NCBI RefSeq assembly: GCF_963921235.1
Contig: NC_086109.1
Coordinates: 33,978,001 to 34,042,000 of the forward strand
DNA: 64,000 nt
Direction of reading: 5' to 3'
Source of the DNA: Mobula hypostoma
Lineage: Eukaryota
A program made the translations under genes and the position numbers. How positions within the stretch are numbered: the first letter of the stretch is position 1; every line of letters begins with the position of its first letter. Of the stretch, positions 54,930 to 64,000 are shown piece after piece. A model generated the notes under the pieces. That model had not been told where the DNA came from. It searched no databases and worked only from the letters and a program-made list of their open reading frames with translations.

Positions 54930-56418
54930 CTAGACAAGGAGCAAGGTGCACAATAGTAAAACTGGAGCGAACTCTTTATATTATTTCAAGTTCTAAACCA
55001 TAAACGCGAAAAGCCCCCAAATATCTCAATTGCCCGCGGAAATTGCTTAAAACTAATACGAATGTTGTCCATTATCTTTGGTGGAATTCGGGTCCATTTT
55101 TTCCATCACGATCAAAAACGGCCAGCGTTAATTTATACAACCAAGATCGCTAAATGCTTTCAAGTAAAAATCAATGGCCCCGGCATAAAGCTTTGCAATT
55201 AAACAAAGGCACGAACGATTTCATTAAATATTGACTTGCTGTTTTAGTTGCCCTTAAAATGATACTCCGAGTATATTCGTTTCGTCTAATTAATAAAAGT
55301 CATTTACATGTTTTCTCCGAAGGCGGGCGAAAAAGGATTAAACGAACTCGTTTCCGTGTATCACGACTCTGAAACGCTGTATGCGCGCGTACATATATCT
55401 ATACATACATTTATATAGATATATACACCTTCGGTTTAAACCGAGCATTTGGTCGTTTGTAACCTGGTTCAGTGGTTTTCAAACACGACGCCGAGCCTGG
55501 GAACAAACCTGCTTCCCTCGTTTAACTCCACTAATAACAGCCAGTCACTAATTGAATACATTCGGCCTAATTCAGCTCTTTCCCTCCTGCCAGGCAGAGT
55601 CCAAGCACCACAGACGGCACAGAGAAAGAAAACGAAAATGGACCACCTTTTGTTCGTTTCTGGTTCTTGGAATGAGTTAACCCTTTAACCTAGAGCGTTC
55701 GTTTCCCCCGGCCTAATAAATCAATCTCCATCGCTAGTGATGCGCGGCCACACACTGAACTTCACCCACAATCGACAGTACCCACGGGCTCTTTCTGAAT
55801 GATTTCAATTTACATTTTTTTTTCCCAGTGATTAGCGAGAGGAAGGTAAGGTTTACAGTGCATACTTTCCAGCCATGGAGAAAATGTCGTTGTTTTTAAA
55901 ATCCCGAGAAATGAAAACAAAAGAAAAATTTTAAAGCGAGCTGTCATGTGAATATAGAAAGCTGTGCACGGCGACAAGACGCTAGGAGACTGAACTCGAA
56001 CTGGGCAAATTCAGCCTCAGATTACCCTTCTCCCTCCCCCTTCCTCTTTCTCCACATGCGTTCATTGCTGAATGCATTAAATCAGAGACACGCCTATGAG
56101 CGCCAACGCCTCCTGTTTCCCGTTTAACTCTGCCCCCATCCCCCGCCCTAATACTTTGTGTTCAGAGAGATCGTTTACAAACAACTAATTGTTAGAGAGA
56201 GCGACACTGGTGAATGTGAGTAAAATAAAAGATGGACTGCACTGGAGGGATGCTGCGTATTAATCTTGCTTTTTTTTTGTTTCGCGCAGCTAGTTACGGA
56301 TGCAAACATTTGTAAGCTGCAATTTTTTCCCCCAGCAGGAAGTCTTGTTTCTCGACTCGAAAGGTCACCGTTGCCAAGATTTGGGGTTGAAATTTCAGGC
56401 AGAAGCGCACGCGCTGCT

Positions 56419-56451
56419 TTCCAGGAACTTTCCAAGAATTCGCGTCACCTG
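56419..56451 (-). promoter_or_regulatory. E-box + tandem GAS (STAT5-type) response element
   Basis: Minus strand reads CAGGTG-ACGCGAA-TTCTTGGAA-AG-TTCCTGGAA. Two perfect TTCNNNGAA sites (56430-56438 and 56419-56427) lie 2 bp apart; the E-box is at 56446-56451. Confidence 0.85.
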
Positions 56452-56475
56452 CTCTTGTTGCTATTTGGTCGTCGA

Positions 56476-56519
56476 CCAATCAGCAGCGGGCTTGCCCCCC
56501 GCCTGCTATTGTTGCGTCA
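56476..56519. promoter_or_regulatory. Proximal promoter elements: CCAAT box, GC box, C/EBP-CRE-like site
   Basis: CCAAT at 56476-56480, CCCCGCC at about 56497-56503 and TTGCGTCA at 56512-56519, all directly upstream of the GAS pair. Confidence 0.6.
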
Positions 56520-56984
56520 CGGAGCACTGCCTCCCCGCGGGATAAACTCGGGTGAAGTGAGCTCGGTGAGGTCTCGGCTGCACGGTATTGATGGGGGTGG
56601 GGGGATAAATTACGGGCCGGCAAGTCGAGGGTTATAGTAGTAGAATGGTGATCGTGGCGCCTGAAAATAATTCAAACAAAGCTGATGGGGAGTGACTCAT
56701 TACAATGCTCGAATGCATTATTGCTTTAAAAATAACAAGCTGTGTTTTGAGGAAATCGTATCCCTAAACATTTCGCGTGTTCTTGAGATTCAGACTATAA
56801 GTGTATTTAAAATGTAATGGAATTAGGCATCCAGAAGCATCTGCGATTGTCGTCCATTATGTTGTTTTTGGGACTCTCGTTTTGTCTTTAAAATGTCACG
56901 TAGGTGAAGCTCGTCGCTCTTTTTTAGTGTGGGAGGCAGAAGAAAGGAAAGCGTAGGCCAATTAGCCTGACTTCAGTGGTTGGC

Positions 56985-57665
56985 AATGGTTCCGAGAGGT
57001 TGTTATAGCCGCGGGTGGTAATGGGGATAAACGTTCACTACCTATTACAGGTTTCCAAAGGCGTGCGCCTCAAATAGCCTCTGACAATCAAGTCCAGCTC
57101 CTGGCCTTTATGGGTGGCTTAGCTACCAAGCCCGGCGGAACCGTTAGTACTGACAGGAAAAGGAGCAAAGGGAGGGGGAGGGGGTAATCGGCGCCCTAAA
57201 ACCAGTCGCTTCGGGCAGATAGAGCTCGTCCGGCATGGCTGGCAGCTCATCCAGGGGACAGAAAACTGACCTCAAATCTCCGCTGCCTTGCGGCTACACC
57301 CACTCGTAGGAAAGGCTTTGGGAGTAAACCCAGATGGAAAAATCCGGACCACATACACGCAAAATGTTGGGGAAACTCAGCAGGATGTCCTGCAGCTGCG
57401 GATTTTCTCTTGTTGTGAAAAATCCGGAGCTGGAGTCCCTAAGGCAGTCCTACATTGCGTTCAATGCCGACTGGCAACTTCTGTGGTGCTGCTGGTGGCA
57501 CAATGTATCGGTCCCTGCTGTTCCTTTGGGTTCATCAGATGCGTGGAGAGAGGAAGCTTGCTACATGGGCAACAGCTTGCTTTCCATACCGTACTGCACA
57601 GGCTTGCGTATCTAGACAGCGAGGTCGCAATGTCCACAGTCGACCCTGACTAACAGAGGCCTCAC
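56985..57665 (+). mobile_element. Probable RTE 5'UTR-derived repeat with a 68-bp nested insert
   Basis: Resembles RTE 5'UTR sequence as I recall it. The insert at 57349-57416 is flanked by the 12-bp direct repeat GAAAAATCCGGA. Confidence 0.4.
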
Positions 57666-57669
57666 GTCA

Positions 57670-58870
57670 CCTCAGTGGTTGGGAAGATGTTGCAGTCCGT
57701 CATGAAGAATGAGATTCTGGGGTACTTGGAGGAGCATGATAAAACAGACCAAAGTCAGCGTGGTTTCCTTACGGGGAAATGTTGCCTGACAACATCTGTT
57801 GGAAGGCCTTTGACAAGGTGTCGCATATGAAGCTGCTTAAAATAAGAATCCATGGATCGAAGGTTGGCTGGTTGGCAGGAGGCAAAGAACCGGGCAAAGG
57901 GGGCTTATTCTGGCTGGCTGCCGGGGACTAGTGGTGTTCCACGGGGATCGGTATTGGGACCGCTTCTTTTCCACGTTGTATGTCAGTGATTTGGATGACG
58001 GAATTGATGGCTTTGTGGCCAAGTTTGCGGACGATACAAAGATAGGTGGGGGAGTGTTGAGGAGGCAGGGAGTCTGCAAAAGGACTGAGACAGATCGGGA
58101 GAATGAGCAAAGAAGTGGCAGATGGAATATAGTGTAGGAAAGTGCATGATCATACACTTCAGAAGAAGGAATAAAGGGATAGACTATTTTCTAAACGAGG
58201 AGAAAATTCAGAAATCAGATGCATAAAGAGATTTGGGAGTCCTCGTGCAGGTTGAGTCGGTGGTAGGGAAAGCACATGCCATGATAGCCTTCCTTTCGAG
58301 AGGTGTAGAATATAAGAGCAAGGATGTAACGCTGAGGTTTTATAAGACATTCGTCGTACGGCACCTGGAGTATTGTAAACAAGAAAAGATGTGCTGACAT
58401 TGGAGAGGGTGCCAGAGGAGGGTCACGAGAATTATTCCGAGAATGGAAGAGTTAATTTATGCAGAGCATTTGGTGACTCTGGGCCTGAACTCCGCTGGAG
58501 TTTAGAAGAATGGGGGGGGGGGTCGGGGGCGGAGAGATCTCACTGAAACATTTCGAGTATTGAAAGACCTACATAGAATGGATGTGGAGAGCATGTTTCC
58601 TAGAATGGGTAAGTCTAGGACCGGTGGGCATAGAATACAGGGACGTCTATTTAGAATAGAGATGAGGAAGAATTTTTCTTTGACCAGAGGGTAGTGATTC
58701 TGTGGAATTCATCGCTACAGACGGCTGTGATGACCGAGTCATTGGCTAGATCTAAAACAGAGACTGTCGGGTTCTTCATTGATAAGGGCGTCAAAGGTTA
58801 CGGAGAGAAGGGCGAAGCAGACTCCCTGGAGGACCGAACTCCTAATTTTACTCCTATGCTTTATGGTTTT
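57670..58870 (+). mobile_element. CR1 LINE ORF2 3' part, degenerate
   Basis: Fragments include LYVSDLDDGIDGFVAKFADDTKIGG, with a CR1-type 3' end (ctcctatgctttatggttttat). Confidence 0.85.
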
Positions 58871-61129
58871 ATCAAATACGCCTGCATTTCCAACCTAAAC
58901 CCTGTAAGAATAACAGGCCATTGAAGATCCTGAAGCAAAATAAGGCAGGCGAGGTACTTGCCAGAACAATACTTGAACATAAACACATCGTAAATCCTGG
59001 GAGGAGGCAAGACTCGGAAAACAGAACGTGCTCCAGAAGAGGTGGAGTAGACTCCAAGAAACCGGTATTAGTTAATACAAGGTTCAGGGGGAAATGCAAT
59101 TTTGGGCGAAAGCGACACATTTGCTTTTGACATAGATTTAAAAACCAACGTTGAATTTTGGTGGTAGAAGTAGCTATCAGATAAGAATTTAAATGTTTGC
59201 AGTTCTACATCGCATAATTTTGTGCATTTATTTATTTTCAGCATTCAATTTTATCACGTCCGTCTGAATCTCGAAACGCTTTTTAAAGTGGTTACAACCC
59301 GACTTGGGTAGTTAGAATACCCAAGATGTGTCTGATTCGCCAGATGATGATCTCAAAGTGTGTCTGCCGGTCTTATGTACAGTACTTACATTTCCGATAC
59401 AAGATAAACCTTTTGATTCCACAGAAGAAAATCGGCTTTTTTTTCTGACGTAAATTCATAATTCACATGGCAGTCGATCAGCACAGGAGCGTGTCCCTCG
59501 TGGAAAAGAAAAAAAATCATAATTCTGAAAGCGTAACACTGACCAAAATGATGATATCCATGAAAGGAAATGTATAACTATTTAAAAGCGCCGCGACGAG
59601 AACTGAGAAGAGATAGATCTCTGCGATAGATAGTGTTGCATCGTGATGTAAATAGCACGGAAAAGCAGGAGGGGAAATTCCTAGCCACAAACAAAGGGTG
59701 CATCATTAGGAGGAAATTGATGACTGACATGTGGATCAGTGCACCACAGGGGAAAAAAACGAGGCCAATCATAACAAAAAAAGAAGAGAAGCAAATGAGA
59801 CCGAATGCAAACAGTGTTGGAAAGTTTTACATTGTTTGAGGCCTCCGCTTATTAAATTTGGGATAAGAAGCTAGTGAATCATACATATTGTGGAAATTGT
59901 GATTTATTTTCTCAAATCGGGTTTAAAAAGTGCTTCGTGATCCAGACGGATGTGATATAATTAAATGCTGCAAATAAATGCACACAATTATACGACATGG
60001 AAATAGAAGTATTAAATTCTTATAGCTGATTCCATCACTAAATATCAAGTCATTGTCTAAACTTAAAGCAGAGGTATCGCTTTCGTCTAAGATTATGTAT
60101 TTTCGAAGCATACTATTATTGACAACGGCTTCAAACATTCTTTGAACGTTATCTCATAGAAGCCACTGGGCTCCGAGTCAAGCTTCCAAAACACAACGTT
60201 CTTCTAAAGCACAAACGTCACAATTCTCAGGGACACAAATCCCTTGTTAATAAACAATGGTTGATTCAGTTTTACACAATAATTGCAGGGTCAAACTGGA
60301 ACTCTGGTAGAAACTGAAAGCTGTTCAAGTTTTTCCCTCTAAAAGAAGGTTGAAGACACGAGTGCTTTCCATTTTCACCATTGGGCTACAGCGTCCTCCT
60401 ATGGTATAACTCAAAATATTCCCAGGATTAAATAGTTGATAGCTTCCTGATGGCTTCCAAGTGTACGGAATATCCTAAAATACTTTGCACCCAAATATAT
60501 TGTTTTATAACGAAGATTATGATATTTATTTAAACAAATCTTGTTTATGTTAAAGACTCTGGGCTCTGCGAGTTTTGCTCTTCTACTTCATGTGTATTTC
60601 ATGGCTATCTGCAGAAGACAAATATCAAAGTTGTATGTGCATGCTTTGCCAATAAAATGAACCTTCAACCTTGAAATATTCAAAATCCTATAGGCAATGA
60701 ATCAATGATCAATCGATCTGAATTGGCTTAAATGTTAAATAGTTTCCTTTAGGAACGGCTTTGTGATAGTTTACAGCCAGCTGAACAGACATCAAAAAGG
60801 CAAATTGATAAACACAACACTGAGATAGCAAAGATCATAAAATCAAGTACAGCTTGCTACCACTTGTGCCAGTGTTAGGTTTAATAGGGTAGAAAATGTT
60901 AATATCTGATATATTTTACTGAGCCCTGTTAATTCAAGTAGAAATGTTATATCCTATATTATAAATATCAAATTTTAAAATATTACTGTCCATGTAAATC
61001 TTCAGATTGCAAATTTGCATTGTCAGTGTTGTGTTCCAGATTGATTAGATAATTATGCATTGCATATCCGATCGAGAAACATACATAAAAGTAAGATCAC
61101 ATGAAGTAGAAGTGTAAGTGGTCCATATA

Positions 61130-61658
61130 CAACAGGAGTGGATCCATTATGGACCTACTGCTGCAGCCCACCCACTTCAAGGTTGGGCATGTTATGCATT
61201 CAGGTATGCTCCTCTGCAAACCCTCGTTGTAATACATGGTAATTTGAGTTACAGTTGACTTCCTGTCAGCTTAAACTACCTTAGCCACACTCCTCTGACC
61301 TCCCTCATTAACAAGGCATTTTCATCCACAGAACTGCTACTCACTGTATGTGTATATACATATATAGTTTTTCACACTATTCTTTGTAACCTCCAGAGAC
61401 TGTTGTCCATGAAACTCCAGTAGATCAGCAGTTTCTGAGATACCCAAACCACCCCCATCTGGCACCAACCATCATTCCACGGTTAAAGTCACTTAGAACA
61501 TATTTCTTGCCCCATTGTTTGGTCTGAAGAACAACTGAACCTCTGGACCATATCTGCATGCTTTTAAGTATCAAGTTGCTGCTAATAATTGGTTGATTAG
61601 ATACTTGCACTAACAAGCAAGTGTACAGGCGTGTCTAATGAAGTGGCCACTGAATGTG
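61130..61658. mobile_element. Tc1/mariner-type MITE remnant
   Basis: Homologous to 48146-48570; ends gtctaatgaagtggccactgaatgt. Confidence 0.6.
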
Positions 61659-61792
61659 GTTATTCAGTGAGATCAGATCTGATCATTTACATTATGATCT
61701 CCTTCTCATCCACTCTGCAGTCTCTTCATTCCCTCGTCTGCTGCAAGTATTGATTGCTGGAGGAACTCGGGCTCAAAGTTGATGATCTAGAA

Positions 61793-63247
61793 CAGGGGTC
61801 GGCAACCTTTTTGCCTCTGTGGGCCTGATTGCATATTAATGAGCGGACGGTGGGCCAGATAAATGCAATAAAAAACTTGCTATATGGAAATTACCCATTT
61901 AAATACATCTTGTTATGTTTTGCCTCAAATTAATGAATAATGCATGCTAGAAAATTATTTGTGCTTAACCAAGGATGCCAATTAGTAATCAAAGAACTGT
62001 TTAGTTGCAATTTATTTCAATCAAGGCATCTTTTGAATCTATTAAAAGGACACAAAGAATTTTTAAACATAAAACGTATGAACATGATGCATAGAATGGT
62101 GGTAAATTAAGTATAATAAAAAAGAAAATTTTAATGCAAACAGTCCATAAATCAATGTGAAACTTGATACGGTTTGTTGCTTGAAAGCTTCTCAATATTG
62201 GGTGTTGGACTTGTTGATGCCAAGAGCAAGACATTATCCAGATGGGTATCAGTCAATCTTGTTCTCAAATGGTTCTTGGTGTGCTTCATTTTTGAAAATA
62301 ATTGCTCACACAGGTAAGTGCTGCCAAACAATGATGCCATCTTGGTTGCATGGTCCACTATGTTAGGATACTTCCCACTTGGATGAATATATTTTCTATA
62401 GAAGCAAGCACTGACACATCTTCAGAATGAAATTTCGATCTCAATATGTCCTCACACTGCATCTCAATCAATTCCATTTGAAAAATTTCTGATGCATTGT
62501 CCACTTTTTGAGACAATACGTTTTGAGACTTCGTAGCTGGCACGGGTATTTGCTTCATTTTCACTGCTTTTCTTGGCAAAAAATGACATCTGTTTTCCGA
62601 AACTAGCCTTCATTCACTCAACTTCATCTTTCCCTGCTTGGCCAGTAAACTTGTTAAAATTTCCACTATGGCAGGTCACGTAATGTTGCCTGATATTTTC
62701 CACCTTTTTCACCAGCAACATTTTCTAGGCAAATGAGACAAACTGGTTTCCCAGCTTGCTCGATGAAGAAGTAATCCAGCGTCCAAGTCTCTTGGAAATT
62801 TCGGCACTCAGTGTCTATCTTCCCGCGTTTTGCATTCATTGCCATTGGAATTTTTTTCTTCGATTTTATTTCGAAACACGAGTTATTCAACAAGTATCAT
62901 AGCACATGTAAATATCTGGATATTTAGCGTGGATTTCTTGTTAAAACACAGTGACGCTGTTTCTGTTTACAAATTTGAACGATCCCATCCGAAAACCTGC
63001 GCATGCACGGAGAGTATCTGACACATATTAGTAAGGTAGTCTGCCTTCCCGTCACTCGTATATACCAGTGTTTGGTTTGGAACAAAACGCCATGCCTGTC
63101 CGTCAGTGTAGTCGCGTGAAACACTCAGAATAAGGAGAAATCGCTCGCGGGCCGGATAAGCGTAGTATCCCAATATTTGCTCGCGGGTCGGTCAAAATAC
63201 CTTCGCGGGCCAGATTTGGCCTGCGGGCCGTAGGTTGCCTACCCCTG
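61793..63247 (-). mobile_element. hAT Charlie/Buster element (GTF2IRD2/EPM2AIP1-like transposase remnant), internally deleted
   Basis: TIRs CAGGGGTCGGCAACCT / CAGGGGTAGGCAACCT; perfect 8-bp TSD ATCTAGAA at 61785-61792 and 63248-63255. Fragments are ECRNFQETWTLDYFF..KPVCLIC and FGSTYLCEQLFSKMK. Confidence 0.93.
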
Positions 63248-63299
63248 ATCTAGAATTATCAGTTTCAAACACTGCGATTTACTAGGAAGGGGGAGAGTC

Positions 63300-63900
63300 G
63301 CCCGGGTACTGTGTTTCAGAAGGCAATCACAGCAATTAGAATTTTCAGTCTGTGGGTGGGGACAAGAGGGTGTGAATGTTTGTGAGGCAGATAGAGGGAT
63401 CCAAGAGGTGGTGCTGGAAGAGCCTGAGACCTTGAGCCTGCCCAGATGGTCTGAGACTGTTGCTTCCTGTGTGGACGAGAGTGGGGCCTGTAAGAAGGAT
63501 GAGCAACCGAACTGTGGCATGGTCATTCAGGGAGCCACTCAAGAGGGAGGAGGGGAGAGAAACATGGTTGTAATTATGGATACTATACTCAAGGGAATAG
63601 ACACAACTCTCTATAGCAAGGAACAAGAGTCCCAGAGGCTGTGTTGTCTGGCTTGTGCCTGGGTTCAGTACATCTAATTTGATTCGCAGAGGAAGAAGGG
63701 GAAGAGTCCAGGTTTTGTGGTCTATGTGGGTACCCATGACATCAGAAGAACAAGGAAAGAAATCCTAAATTAGAACACAGGGACTGAATTAAAATGCAGA
63801 ACCAAAAAGGAAATAAGCTTTGAATTGTGATCTGAGACACCTACAAATTGGCAAAGGGTTAATAAGATCAAGGAGCTTATTAACAAGGATCATGGCACAA
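63300..63900 (+). mobile_element. CR1 ORF1 (esterase-like) remnant
   Basis: RLCCLACAWVQ and a downstream VYVGTHDI-like motif match CR1 ORF1. Confidence 0.55.
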
Positions 63901-64000
63901 ACATAGGTGAGGGGAAGTGGGACACTGACACCAGTAGACAATAAGACTACTACAGAAGCAGAATTAGGCAACTTGGCCCATCGCATCTGCTCCACAACTC

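Larger units (their letters stand above)
54620..56950. promoter_or_regulatory. CpG-enriched region over the 5' end of the SOCS gene
   Basis: CpG density is visibly higher than in the CpG-depleted flanks (judged by eye, not computed). It spans the first coding exon and the promoter motifs. Confidence 0.6.

Noticed and set aside
54930..56400. Exact non-coding first exon of the SOCS gene
   Set aside because: Several candidate donors exist (e.g. G|GTAATC near 56025), and none can be chosen without transcript data.
56985..57330. Possible HDV-like ribozyme in the RTE-like 5' sequence
   Set aside because: I found one stem (AGAGGTTGTT/AATAGCCTCT) but could not build the nested double pseudoknot by eye.
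1..64000. CRISPR arrays, operons or other prokaryotic systems; the remaining short ORFs
   Set aside because: The sequence is vertebrate genomic DNA with no regularly spaced repeat-spacer array. The other short ORFs show no recognisable domains or lie within repeats.

Overview
Vertebrate nuclear DNA, AT-rich and repeat-dense. The repeat families (Rex1/Babar, RTE, CR1, L1, Penelope-like, tRNA-SINEs, hAT-Charlie, Tc1) suggest a cartilaginous fish, probably a ray (inference). I can support one host gene: a minus-strand SOCS2/CISH-subfamily suppressor of cytokine signalling. It has two coding exons (54841-54712 and 41686-41214) joined by a 13-kb phase-1 GT-AG intron, giving a 200-aa protein with an SH2 domain and SOCS box. 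A CpG-rich 5' region carries an E-box plus tandem STAT (GAS) module. The SH2 domain looks about equally distant from SOCS2 and CISH as I remember them, so it may be a third paralogue. Most of the rest is nested, mostly dead transposable elements. The most notable non-genic signal is a family of minimal type-I hammerhead ribozyme motifs in a Penelope-like element and its short derivatives; several short copies begin at the ribozyme boundary. There is also an isolated TTAA-flanked 85-bp palindrome. I see no clear evidence of a wholly new multi-gene system.
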